Below the pieces are notes generated by a model. It saw only the letters and a program-made list of their open reading frames with translations. It had not been told where the DNA came from and did no database searches. A stretch of DNA of 64,000 bases from Hyaloraphidium curvatum SAG 235-1 (taxonomy: Eukaryota > Fungi > Monoblepharomycota). The number at the start of each line of letters is the position of its first letter. Positions within the stretch are counted from its first letter, which is position 1. The position numbers were made by a program, and so were the translations under genes. The stretch is from assembly GCA_025558095.1 (NCBI GenBank), contig JAIVFI010000014.1, forward strand, positions 248,001-312,000, read 5' to 3'. This document shows positions 8,990 through 21,810 of the stretch, piece after piece.

Positions 8990-11794
8990 TCAGTCCGAGA
9001 TGTTCCATGTGCTCCTCCACTTCCGGTTTGCATACTCCCTGGCGGGAGTGTTGAAGCCGAAGGCGAAGTCTTTGAAGTACCAGAAGTTGGCTGCGACCGC
9101 GAGGCCCACGATGACGAACAGAGCCATCCTGACCGACGCCCACGGCACGTAATGGCGCGTCAGATGGTCGAGGAGGTAGCATTCCATGAGGATGGCAAAG
9201 TAAAGGGCGGGGACTAGGGGTTGGAGACGTCAGAAAGCGCAGAGAAAAGGCATAATCGGCAACCAACAGTAATGGTGCAGGTACGTGACACGGCCCATGA
9301 TGAAGAAGGGAACGTAATGGAGCAGCCATCCAAGGAAGCAGACCTGGAGGCCGGCGAAGAAGTACTCACCCTGCTCGGCTGTGGTCACCAATGTCAGAAT
9401 CGAAACGTTTCGAACATGAAAAGGACCAACCCGGAGTCCAAGACAATGTGCCCCTTTGCCAAAGCGCCAAGTACACGACGGTGATGCCCGCAAACAAGAC
9501 CAGGGCACCAGCACCGCCCCACCAAATAATGGGAGTGCCGAGCAGGTAGAACTTGATCTCGTGGTCGCCCCAGCCGCACATCCGGAGGCCGACCTGCAAG
9601 AAAGGCCATTGCGGCGGGCTCGAGACGAGCTGGTCGGGTTCCTTGTCCGGATCCGGGGTCAGAGCGTTGTTGGTCGTCCACATCCCGACGTTGTGGTCGA
9701 TGAGGTCCTTGAAGAACGTGGAGCGGTAGAGGGTTCCGTTCCCAGGAGGCACTAAAGCGACACAAAATTAGAAAACGCGAATCGCCCATCGCAAGGCGAA
9801 CGCACGCCGAGGGTTCGAGTGCCGCTCAATGTTCCAGATGACTTCCTTCTCATTGCCCGTCGCAAACTTGTCGCACGTGACTTCGAGCTGCTTGAAACCC
9901 CACTGCGGCAGGTTGACGTTGTGGCCCTTGAGCAGGCAGCCGAGAGTCGCGTGGCGGAGACGGAAGCGTGTGGTCAAAGCGTGGATCTCAGTCGGCTTGG
10001 AAATGAAGGCATCCTGATCGGAAGCTGCGTCAGTAAAGCACAACTATCGCACAGCGAACAACGCACATCCAAAATCTCAACCCTCCAGTGGTCGTTCTGG
10101 TCTCCGATTGTCGCGTTTCCGTAGCACGAAACTTCAAGGTCCCTCACGGTGACCGGGGCCTTGTGGTTGTGGCTGTGGAGGTTCCTGCCCGTCTGCTCGT
10201 GCCAAAGCCGGATGAGGTCGCCGTCCTTGATGGTTTCAATGGGCTCCTGGTCAGGGTGCTTTCCGCTGGCCCTGCTCCGGTCCCAATCCTTGAGCAGAAT
10301 CCAGTCATTGTTCGTGTCCTTGTGGTGGTAGCAGGTGACCTGCTGCTGCTCCGATCCCGTCGGATAGCGCTGGATGTGCGAATGAAGCAGGCCGCCCCCG
10401 TGGCCGTTGCTCTTGACCGTGACTTTGGATCCGTAAACGACCTCTGAAGCGGGACGCCATGAGCATGGAATCGCCGTTGCGGCCAGAAAACTCACCGAGG
10501 GGGTTCGAGTCAAGGTCGATTCCCTTCAGGCCAGCCTGGAACAGACTGCTCATGTTGGCATCGCCGGTCCCCGAGCGGTTCAGAATGAAGAAGTGGAGCT
10601 TGAAAGCGATCAGGTAGACCGAAATCGGCAGGACGATCAAGCACGCTATCCTCGCGGCCCAGTGGTAGATGTAGGTCCGCTTGAAGAAGATCAGGGTTTG
10701 AACACAAGGCCCGGCTCCAGCGACGAAGAACCCCCACCATCGAGACGGTCTTGTCTCCAAGGAGCCTCCACAGGTCCTCGATCGTGTACAAGCCAACGAC
10801 AGCAATGACGAAGAGCCCGACCCACTTTACAGACACAACGCAGCCCAGAGACAGTCCCGTCATCGTCATCCAGTACCACCACTCAAAGGAAAACGGCCCC
10901 GGCCTAACGGGGGAAGACCTTGTTGGTTTCCAGAACGGGAAGAACGAGAAAGCAACTCACTTTTCTTCCGTGCTGCGGAAGCAGGCGAGGCAGTAAACAG
11001 AGAGAACGGTGAAGAACAGCAGCATCGAGTCCAGAAGAATGAAGCGCGAAATGGCCAGGTAGGCGATGTCTGGTCAACGAAGACGCTCAAGTCAGCTACA
11101 TTTCGTGAGGCCGCACCGCGCAGGCCGCACCCATGAGGACCATGGCTCCGGCAAGCGTCGCGGCCTTCTTCGACATCTTGAGCTCCAGCGCGGTGAAGTA
11201 GGCCAGCGGCACCATGAGGGCTCCGAAGGACGCGCAGAAAATCCTCATGATCCAGTAGCGCAGCCCGTCCGGGTACTTTTTCCCAGAGTCGAAGTCGAAC
11301 GATCCGTCGTAACCGGCCAGAACCCCGGCAAAGCCCAGCAGCATCTTGCCCAGAGGCGGGTGGACATCGAAGTAGAACTCCCGCTTGATATAGTAGGAGG
11401 CGAACTTGCCGAAATGGGCCTCGTCCCACCTGTAGGCGCCGAATGAGCCGGGTGCCGGGCCCGAAGATGGCGGACGCCGAGGCGGACTCACACGACGTAG
11501 GGCGACCAGCCGATGTTCCAGAGCCGCGTCAGGAAGGCCAGCGCCGTCAGGATCAACGGAATCGACCAGGCGCCGAGGCGAGCGAGGAGGGCCTGGCCCT
11601 GAATGTTGCGTTGCCGCGTGACGAAGAGGCCAGGGCCGGCTCAGCTCCCGGGCGTCCAAACTGCCAATCTCGCGACTTACCGAGCGGCCGGGGGCCACGC
11701 TGGTGGCAACCTTATCCTTCTTGTCGTCGACATCGAGCCCGTCGAACGGCGCGGGGTCCTTCTCCGCTCTCCGACGCCTCAGTTGCTCCGCCAT
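8990..11794 (-). CDS. PMT2: Dolichyl-phosphate-mannose-protein O-mannosyltransferase, PMT2 subfamily
   Basis: [33 protein letters not shown] domains ([18 protein letters not shown]), GRVTYLHHY; multi-exon. Confidence 0.93.
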
Positions 11795-12433
11795 GTTTGA
11801 ACGCGCTCCGGCGCTGCGCAGGAGCTCCCTCGCCGCTCTCCGCTCTCTATGGAGCAGGCGGCGCGCTGAACCGCGAAGACAGAGCACCGGCCTGGTTCGG
11901 CACGGCACGTTCTGTGTGACAGGAAATCGCCTGCTGCGCCTGCTGGGTCCTGCCGGCCTGTGTCCGCCACGTCCAACGGCGCGATTTCACCCCGGCCTCT
12001 GATTGCAAACTTGCTCAGAAACCGTTTCCTCGACACTTGCATTTGTTTCTTCACCTTCAGAGAACTTCCAGCTGATGCTTAATCGCCTGTGAGGGTCACG
12101 GTTTGCACCGTGTGTGTTCGGCGAACTTAGCTGGCATAGAGTGGGCATTCGTAGGCCTGCAGATGTAGGTGAACCATTGAAGAGAGCTACCTGGAATGAA
12201 TCAATGACGAATGACAGCATGGTTCGTGTTCCTTTGCGCTCAATTGACGTCAGATCATCAAAGCTACTTGGACGTCGCCGGAATCCAAGGATCAAGAGTG
12301 CGGTGATGGGTAACCAGGAAGGAAATCTCATTTCAAAGTAGTCTTTCGTGTAGCTCGTGTTTCGGTTGCGATCGTCTCGACGAGGACTTTCGAGCATCGT
12401 CCATTATATATTGGATGAGGCTGTGGCGCGTGA

Positions 12434-13445
<1,012 letters not shown>

Positions 13446-13812
13446 TCTTTGCGCATGGGCGAGCGTCGGAGTGGCTAGCTGCGGCGGGGCCGGCGCTTCG
13501 GAGCGCGAAGGAGCGCCGGGTGGATCCGCGTTCAGATTGCACAGCATTTGAATTCGTTGCACAAAGAAAGTGTATTCTCATTCCACTAGCTGATCGGAGA
13601 GTGACGTCGTCCAGGCCGGCGCTGTGCCGATCAACACAGCGTGGCGCGTCCGCTTCGATTCTTCCGCCGCGCTTGGAAACAACGCCGAGCCAGATCAAAG
13701 GCTGGGAACCTGCGATTCAAACCGCGCAGCTCGCGTGCTCGTGGTCCCGGCACGAAACTCGCGCAGTTGCGTCCTCGCGGTCCCGGCACGTCGTCCTCGG
13801 AGTTCCGGCACG

Positions 13813-15532
13813 ATGGACGCGCTCGGCTCGCTCTCGGTCGCGGAAGACGACTCTCCCCTCTCGAAGCTCGCCCTCCCGTACGACCTGTGGGAGGAAGGCG
13901 ACTACGGCTCGGGCATGCAGCCGTTGACGAGGTTGGAGCTCGCCATGATGCGCGCGTCCGCGGCGATCCGCGAAAAGCCCAATTGGCACGAAAAGTTCCG
14001 CGACCCTGCCATCAGAGCGAGGTGGAAGGAAGAGGCGGTGGCGGCCGGCATGCGTGCGGACGCGTTCGAGTACGTCCTGGCCGAGCTGGAGCGCTACGAA
14101 GCGCTCCGCAAGGGCGGCATTGAGGTTGCCGGGGTCGACGGCGTCTGGATCGCGGACGGGCTGGTCCCTGATGGCGCTAGGGAGGCGCTGCTGCGGTGTG
14201 CGGCCGAGCTGGAGGACGTGCCGGAGGAGAAGAAGGACTGGCACCCTGGGAGCGACGGGCAGGTTCTCGACCTCGTGCACCCGTCGCTGTTCTGCCTCGT
14301 CTACGGGGTCACCCGCGCCCTCGCGCAGCCGATCTTCACGGGACCGGCGGGAACCTTGCCGTTCATGAATTCGGGGGAGATCGTGCAGCCTCCTGGGGAT
14401 GAGCTCGTCGGGGCCTCCAAAGCGTACCAGTGGCTGCCCACCGAGTTCGACGTCGCCGAGGACGGCAAGGTCTCCGCGCTCTCGTACGTCCCGGGACTGC
14501 ATCCAGAGGAGCGCCAGGACATGTACTCCACTCTATGCCGCATCCTCCAGGCGTTCATCCCCCTATTCAACAACGCCCTCACGGACCTCGTTAACCGGCG
14601 CCCGGCCCGGATAGAGGTCGACCCGTACGCGTGGTACGGCGAGGAACCCGACTTTGAGGACGACGACGACGCGGTGGAGGATTGGTACGAGAACCGGGTG
14701 CCCGCCGAGCCCGCGGTGCCCGAGTACGCGCCCCCTCCGGACCCCGAGACCGTGATCGACCTCAAAGGGCACAGGTTGCAGGTCATTGTGAAGCTGGCAA
14801 ACATCGTGCTGACGCCGGAGAAGCCGGATTACCCCGGCGGGAGCTGGCACGTCGAAGGAACGCGAGGGGAGAACATAATAGCTTCCGGGATCTTTTACTA
14901 CGAGTCCGAAAACATCGGAGAGAGCCGGCTGGGCTTCCGCATGGCCGTGTGCGGTGAGGCGCCCCACGGCAAGCCGCGAGCCTCGCTGACGCCCGCCCGC
15001 AGAGCCCGACTACGAGCAGAGCGACGACAACGGCGTCCTCGCGATCTACGGCCTCGCCAACGACCAGCCCCTTAACCAGGAGCTCGGCTCCGTCGCCACC
15101 ACCGCGGGCCGTATGCTCGTCTTCCCCAACCACCTGCAGCACCGCGTGGCCCCCTTTTCCCTCGCCGACAGGTCCAAGCCGGGCCACCGCAAGATCCTCG
15201 TCTTTTTCCTCGTGAATCCCAAGGAGAGGATCAGGTCGACGGCCGAGGTGCCGCCGCAGGACGCGGCGTGGTTCGCCGACGAGCTGAGGAGGGTGCCGCC
15301 GTTCGACGGCCTGCCGGACGAGATGACGGAGCAGATCGTCGCGGCGATGCCGTTTCCGATATCGCTGAGGGAAGCAATGCGGCACAGGGAGGAGCTGATG
15401 ACGGTTGGTTCCGTGGGGGCATCGCTGCCGTCCGTGGCTCATCGCAGGTTTCCGCCGCCTCAGGAGCGAAAGTTCATGAGCGACGAGAACGAGAACATCT
15501 TTGAGCGGCCCTTCAGCCTGTGCGAGCACTAG
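13813..15532 (+). CDS. DUF4246 family protein (2OG-Fe(II) oxygenase-like)
   Basis: KDWHPGSDGQVLDLVHPSLF, YQWLPTEF, LQVIVKLANIVLTPEKP..GGSWHVEG, FPNHLQHRV..GHRKILVFFLV; two 3' introns. Confidence 0.88.
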
Positions 15533-15557
15533 CCGTGCGCGCGGCGGCAATTGCCCT

Positions 15558-16421
15558 TCAGTTCCAATCGAGATATTCGATCTTGCACCCGATCCCTCCC
15601 TCCTCGTCCATGTCCGCGTCCCCGAGGTACTCGATCAGGTCCTTGAGCCTGCTCTCCCCCCTCCCCTCTGGCTTGCGCTCCCGGTCCCTCAGGCTCGGCG
15701 GGCGCAGCTTGGGCTCGTAGTGCTCCTCCAGCGCGAACATGTCCACCAGGCAGAGCACGGGCACCGCCGGCGCGCCGGGGGGCAGCGAGCCCGCGGGAGC
15801 GGGGAGCAGCGCCATACGGCGGACGATGCGGAACTCGGCGCCTTCCACGTCGATCTTGAGGAAGACGCGGTCGGTGCTGCGGACCAGGGCCGCGAGGTAC
15901 GAGGGAAAGTCGAGGGTGCGGACCATCCGCGTGCGACCGCGCTGGGCGCGGTGGTGCTGCGCGAAGAGGGATGTGCCCGCCGAGTCCTCGAAGTGCTCGT
16001 CGAGGTACAGCTCCATGGTCGTGTTGGCGGTCCACGCGCAGAGGTTGTAGAGCACGTAGTCGTGCTCGGCCGCGTGGTCCTTGAGGTCCGTCACGAGGCG
16101 AGGGTTGCACTCGAAACCTATTTTCACGGCATTCTGGTACCAGGGCAGCCTCTTGCCGAAGTCCACGATCGACGAGCCGTCGTTGAGCCCCACGTCGATC
16201 ACGAAATCCAACGGCGGGGCGGCCGCCTTGCCGTGCTCCAGGTACGCGAGCGGGATGCCGCCCCTGGTTTGCGACGAGTCGACGAGCGGTTCAGGGATGG
16301 GGGAGAAGTCGTCTGGCGGCGGCGGCGGGTGGGTCGCCCGGTACACGATGGGCGGCACGAGGAAGTAGGCCGCCACGAGGGAGCCCAGCACGGCCGTCGG
16401 CCACGCCCGCCGCGGGCCCAT
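15558..16421 (-). CDS. FkbM-family SAM methyltransferase with N-terminal membrane anchor
   Basis: VIDVGLNDG, GFECNP, VFLKIDVEGAEF; hydrophobic N-terminus; intronless. Confidence 0.8.
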   Translation of the reverse strand: MGPRRAWPTAVLGSLVAAYFLVPPIVYRATHPPPPPDDFSPIPEPLVDSSQTRGGIPLAYLEHGKAAAPPLDFVIDVGLNDGSSIVDFGKRLPWYQNAVKIGFECNPRLVTDLKDHAAEHDYVLYNLCAWTANTTMELYLDEHFEDSAGTSLFAQHHRAQRGRTRMVRTLDFPSYLAALVRSTDRVFLKIDVEGAEFRIVRRMALLPAPAGSLPPGAPAVPVLCLVDMFALEEHYEPKLRPPSLRDRERKPEGRGESRLKDLIEYLGDADMDEEGGIGCKIEYLDWN

Positions 16422-16519
16422 CGCAAACGGGGACAAGACGGAAGTGTCGATCGATCGGTCTTTGCATGCGCCGCGTGAGACCTCTAAGACGGGCGGACGG
16501 CAACTCGGCACGCCCTGCG

Positions 16520-17131
16520 ATGTCGGACGCGTCTGGCGGCGATCCACGCGACGAGAACGCTCAATCTGCATCTGATGGACATGCGGACGCGTCGCCTGTG
16601 CCGGGCGAGTCCGGCCCCTCAACCCCGACGACTCCGCGCAGCGCGTCGTTCCTGCCCTCCGCGGACAACATCGCCAGCGCGACGTCGAGCCTGCTGAGCT
16701 CGCTGACCGCGGCGCCCTCGGCCATCCTGAGCCTCTACTCGTCGTCGCCGCCGAGCGTGCCCCCGGCCGCCCCGCCCCCGCTGCCCGCCGCGCAGCCGTC
16801 GGCGCTCCGCGGCCTCATCGCGCCGCACGCCGCCCGTGTGGCATCGCTGACCGCCTCGGCCGCGCCGAACGTGCTCGCCGTGCCGCGCCACCTGCTGCGC
16901 GGCTCGACGGCCCCCGACGAGCTGGCCCGCGCCGCGCGCGTGTTCGCCGGCGCGGCCGACGCCGCCGTGCCGCGGACAGAGGCGTCGATCGACCGCGTGG
17001 TCAGGGAGGCCGCAGAGGCGGAGGCGCGGTGGGAGAAGCTGGTCGTGCAGGGCGGGAAGGAGGTCGACGAGCTCGGGCGCGCGCTGGACTACAGCGGCCG
17101 GATGTGGCCGGCGGGGCGCGCGGTGCCGTGA
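16520..17131 (+). CDS. Hypothetical protein (Ser/Pro-rich N-terminus, helical C-terminus)
   Basis: ~203-aa ORF with coding-like codon bias, head-to-head with the FkbM gene; no family recognised. Confidence 0.55.
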   Translation: MSDASGGDPRDENAQSASDGHADASPVPGESGPSTPTTPRSASFLPSADNIASATSSLLSSLTAAPSAILSLYSSSPPSVPPAAPPPLPAAQPSALRGLIAPHAARVASLTASAAPNVLAVPRHLLRGSTAPDELARAARVFAGAADAAVPRTEASIDRVVREAAEAEARWEKLVVQGGKEVDELGRALDYSGRMWPAGRAVP

Positions 17132-17586
17132 TGTCGGCCGTCGAGGTCTACCATGGCGTCGGCCATAGGCCCTCCGTCGGGATCGAAGCCGTCAGACCCT
17201 TTGGTGACTCGGGCTGGGTCCTTGGGCGCGACGGGACGGACACAAGAGGATCTTGCGACGTGGCCGGATGGCGGTGCTGCTGAGGCGGTGAACGAAGCCC
17301 CATGTCGTCCCCTGTTTCAACCGCGGTACTGGGGCCAGGAAGCCCAGCCGGCACGTTCATAAGCGCACGGTTGCCCGGCGTCATAGATTACTCAGAAAGC
17401 CGACCGATCGAGGACGCCCGATCCGAGTTGACGTCGTCGGCCGGCGAAGGTCTAGACCCGTCGGCCGTCGGCGGGCGCAGTCGGCCAGGGGGCCCTTGGC
17501 CGGTCCGACCGACTCCGCCCGTCCGATCACGGACCCGCATTTCGAAACTGAACCTCATCGAGATTCCGCATCGCTCTCTGCCTCCG

Positions 17587-18159
17587 ATGGCCTCTGCGCT
17601 CGCCGCCCGCGGCCCGGCGCCCGCCCCCGCGCCCTCCCCCGCCTCGCCCGCACCGTGGGGCCCCGCGGCCGGCGACGCCTGGTCGTCCTTCTCCTCCTCC
17701 TCCTCTCTCGCCTCGCTACTTGCGCGGTGCGAGCACTCCTCCGGGGGTGACGGCTTCTGCTTCCCGTGCCTCGCAACTCTTTCGGAGGCGCCCAAAGCGC
17801 CGGCACCGCCGGCCTCGGCCGACCTCCTGGACACGCTCTCGCGCCTCTCGCTCGCTTACCGGCGCGCAGACTCGTCGATCTCCCTCTCCTCCACGGACTC
17901 GCCCTCCGACTCCTCTTCTGCCTCCTCAACGGACCCGCAACCGGGCCAGCGCAGCCCGCGCAGAAAGCGCAAACCCGCCCGGGTCACCTTCCGCCCCACC
18001 GTGGACGTGTACGAAACCTTCGCCCCCGAAGACTACCCTGGGCGGTCGCTTACCGCGCCGGAGGAGCCGCCGTCGCCCGCGGGGCCGAGGGCGTTCTCGC
18101 TGGACATGGACGCGCCCGGGGGCGCGGGGGACAGGGGTTTCGCGTTCTATTTCGACTGA
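17587..18159 (+). CDS. Small putative PP1-targeting protein (RVxF motif, Bni4/neurabin-like)
   Basis: KPARVTFRPTVDVYETFAPEDYPGRS: RVxF followed by a Y-x-T-F..DY-x-R type motif. Confidence 0.55.
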   Translation: MASALAARGPAPAPAPSPASPAPWGPAAGDAWSSFSSSSSLASLLARCEHSSGGDGFCFPCLATLSEAPKAPAPPASADLLDTLSRLSLAYRRADSSISLSSTDSPSDSSSASSTDPQPGQRSPRRKRKPARVTFRPTVDVYETFAPEDYPGRSLTAPEEPPSPAGPRAFSLDMDAPGGAGDRGFAFYFD

Positions 18160-18743
18160 GGCGCGGAGGAGGGAATGGAGATGATGTCTGACTGCAGCTG
18201 CGAAGCATGGCATGGTTGATGTACTGCTGGAACATGGAAAAGACTCTGTCTCTGCCTCCTGATCGCATGCCTCCTCGTCCACAACGCTGGCCTCTGCTAC
18301 GCCGGCAAACCGGCCCGCAGCCCATCCAACCACGCCCGTTACCCTCCCGAGGCCGATCCCGCTGCCACCTTTCCGCCACGACGCCCTGAACAACGGAACC
18401 GTCAGCACGCGCCCCTGTACCTCCCCGTCCTCTCCTCCTCCCCATCGACCACGCGTCCGGGAGCTCAGTACCGTTTTTGGTATGATTTGCATTCTCATCA
18501 CCACGAGCGTTGTGGCTCGGCGGTTGAAGACAGAAGGATATCGTCCTCGCGCCCGGCGCGCCCACCCAGTGCCCGCTGCGGGCCCGGAACGGTGCTCACC
18601 TCGTCGTACACTGACTGGAGCGCGCGGTGGAGGGCGATGCGCAGCGCGGACGGGGACGGAGGCGGTTCGCGCTGTGAAGTGATGGCCACCAACTTCTTTG
18701 GCGTCGATCAACACAGAAACTCGCCCTCAACCCCCCCGTCGAA

Positions 18744-20566
18744 ATGGACGGCCCCGACGCGCCTCCCGCCCCGTCCGACCCCCTCCCCGCCCCTGCCGCC
18801 CCGGGCACCATGCAGCCCGGCCGCCACGTGGTCGTGCTGATGCCCAGCGGCAACGCCAAAGTCGTGAAGCTGCAGCCCGGGGCCACGGTCTCGCTGGGCA
18901 AGTTCGGGAGCTTCCGCGTGGACGACGTGCTCGGGGGGCCGATGGGAGTGCCGTACGAGATATACGATAAGGATAGGGCGAGGGTGGCGCCCAAGGAGGC
19001 GATATTCGACGATTGGGGTGCGAGATTCGCGAGGGACAACGGATGAAGCTTACATTCGCGGCGGCAGACATCGAGGAAGAGCCCGAGGCCAACAATCGGG
19101 AGATTAAGGACGACGGACAGTCGCAGACGCTGTCGCAGAGCGAGATCGCGGCGCTCAAGAACCAGGGCCAGCGCGGGGAGAAGCACAGCAAGGTAGTTCT
19201 TCCCCTCCCCGTGCCTCGAGCACAATTGATGCGCCGCGCATCCCAGGAAATCATCCAGACCCTCATGGCCGCAAACGCCAACATGGCCAAAAAGACCTCC
19301 TTCTCCCGCGCCAAGCTCTACAAGCGCAAGGAATCCAAGTACTCGCGCCTCTTCACCCCCGCCGCGCCCACCTCGCGCGCCCTGTCCGAGTACTACTTTG
19401 CCCACAAGCCCGCCAACGTCCGGTACCTCCGCATCGACTCGCTGTCGCAGATGCTGGCGCTGGGGGGGGTGGGGCCGGGGTGGAGGGGGATCGTGGTGGA
19501 CGACGCGAGCGGGCTGCTTCTGGGGGCCGTGCTGGAGAGGATGGGCGGGGAGGGCGAGGTGGTGGCGGTCCACGAGGGCGACGTGCCGAGCTACGTCGCG
19601 CTCAACTACATGGACGGGGTCAAGAACGGGGTGAAGCTGCATTTCCTGCCGTGGAGGCGGCTGGCGGGGCCCAAGGGGGCGCCAGGGAAGGCGGAGGGGG
19701 CGGACGGGGACACTGCGCCGCAAGCGGGGGCGGAAGGGGATCCGCATCCCGCCGGGGCGGGATCGCCTGCGGAGCCGAACGCCCCGGCGCCCTCGGCTGC
19801 CGATGCGGGCTCGGACATGGCTCCCGAGGACTCGGGCGAGGCGTCCTCGGACGGGACGCCGATGGAGACGGATGGCGCTGCCGAATCCGTCGGCGAAGAC
19901 TTGGACGATGCGGATGGACTCGAAGACGACAGTGCCGGCGCGAACGACGGCGGCTCATCGTCGGACTCTGGTGCCGAGGCGGACGATGCGGGAGTGGAAA
20001 AGCGCCAGAAGGTCTCGGAATCGGACGGGGCAGGACCGGACTCGACGACTCCCGGTCCTTCCGGCGACCCCGTTTACACGGCGCGGCAGATCAAGAAGAA
20101 GAGGCTGAAGGAGGAGAGCTTCCGCCACCGCCTGGCGAAGCGCGAGGCCAAGAACGCTGCGCTGTCGGCGGCCGTGGAGTGCCTCCAGGCCGGCGAGTTC
20201 CACGGCCTCCTCACCGCCTCGCCGTACCACCCCACCCCCCTGCTCGCCGCGTTCCTGCCGTACCTCGCCGGCTCTGGCAGCTTCGCCGTGTTCAGCCCGT
20301 ACAAGGAGCCGCTACCCGAGACGTACCTGTGGCTGCGGAGCTCCGAGATGCCCTACATCAACGTGCAGCTGACCGAGACGATGCTGCGCGAGTGGCAGCC
20401 AAAGAACAAGCGGATGCACCCCGAGATGATGACGAGCGGGACGGGCGGGTTCATCCTCTCGGGGATCAAGGTGATCCGGAATCCGGATCCGCCGAAGGTG
20501 TTCCTGCAACGGCTGGGGTACAGTCCGTCGGGAGAGCGCAGGGGAGGGAAGCGGAGCCGGAAGTGA
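18744..20566 (+). CDS. TRM6: tRNA (adenine58-N1)-methyltransferase non-catalytic subunit Trm6/Gcd10
   Basis: SLGKFGSF..GVPYEI, NNREIKDDGQSQTLSQSEIAALK, KTSFSRAKLYKRK, LRIDSLSQML, HPEMMTSGTGGFILSGIKV. Confidence 0.92.
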
Positions 20567-20603
20567 GGCTATGGTCCCTAAATGTAGTAGCTGCTCAACC
20601 CTG

Positions 20604-21524
20604 CTACACACTGGCTTCTTTCTTCAGCCGAACCACCAGTTCTGCCGGCGACGAGGCGCAATCCGCGCAAGTCGCCCGCTTGCGCACCCAACCGAGATAG
20701 CCGACTTCGATGCTCTCCGTCTCGACAAACTTCAGCAGTCCGGGGCTGTCGCCAAACAGGTTCGGCAGCGGCCTCATCCCACGGAGCTCCTTCGGCTCCA
20801 GCACAGGCTCATCGAAGCAGCCCGTGGCCCGGAACAAGGTGCGCAGCTCGTCCGGCGTGACGAAAAGCCGCCAGTCGTGCGTGTGGACGCCCCGGGCCCA
20901 AACCGTCATGAACAGGTTCGCGAGGTGGGAAAGATAGGTGCGGGTGATGGTGTCAAAGACCAGCACCCCTCCGGGCTTCAGGGTGCGGCACACTTGGAAG
21001 ACGGCGCGGGGAAGATCGTGCAGGTGCTCCAAGACATCCGACATGACGATCCCGTCGAAGGAAGAGTTGGCGTAGGGCAGAGAATAAGCAGAGCCGACAT
21101 CGAACCAAATGGAGAGGCCGCTCCGCCGGGCGTGCTCTCTGGCCGTCTCCACAGAGGCCTTGGAAATGTCAATCCCGGTCATATGATAGCCTTTGCGCTC
21201 GAGTGCCTCTGTTACGATTCCTCCTCCGCATCCAAGATCCAAATATGCGGCATCCCGCGGCACCTTCGGCGGGAATCGCTTCCAAGCACGGTCGAAAAAG
21301 GGTATTCGGACGGGATTGAGCAGCTGCAGCGCAGACAACGAGAACTTGAAGCCCGCCGGCGGGTCCCACCACGATTTCGCCCACTCGGGGCGGTCGTACA
21401 TGCCGTTGTCTATGGTCGTCGTTTCTTCTGGGATGGGCAGGATCCGGGGTCCGTCCAGCGCAGGCGGCGTTGCGAAGTAGCCGAGGACCGCGGCCAACGT
21501 GCTTCCAAGAAGGAGCAGCCTCAT
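20604..21524 (-). CDS. UbiG/Coq3-like O-methyltransferase with signal-peptide-like N-terminus
   Basis: SWWDP..LNPVRIPFF, LDLGCGGG, DVLEHL..LKPGGVLVFDTITRT, THDWRLFVTPDEL; intronless. Confidence 0.82.
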   Translation of the reverse strand: MRLLLLGSTLAAVLGYFATPPALDGPRILPIPEETTTIDNGMYDRPEWAKSWWDPPAGFKFSLSALQLLNPVRIPFFDRAWKRFPPKVPRDAAYLDLGCGGGIVTEALERKGYHMTGIDISKASVETAREHARRSGLSIWFDVGSAYSLPYANSSFDGIVMSDVLEHLHDLPRAVFQVCRTLKPGGVLVFDTITRTYLSHLANLFMTVWARGVHTHDWRLFVTPDELRTLFRATGCFDEPVLEPKELRGMRPLPNLFGDSPGLLKFVETESIEVGYLGWVRKRATCADCASSPAELVVRLKKEASV

Positions 21525-21810
21525 GGTGTCCCAAAGGCCCAAAGGAACCCTAAATAGCGAGGCGTGGAGCGTTCTGCGCAAAGAGTCGAATGGCCACAAT
21601 CGAAAGGCAAAGTCGAATTCAACGTTGGTCGCGATGCGCGGTGCGGTGATCGCGTGCAGTCCGCCGCTCGTCGAAAACGCGATCGACACGATCCATAAGC
21701 ACACCCGCACGCATCGTGTTCGGTGCCGCCTACCACCAATTTGCTCATGGGAGACAGCTCCAGATGATTGACTGGAGTCCGGGACGCGTCGGAGATCCAT
21801 AGGACGGGCA

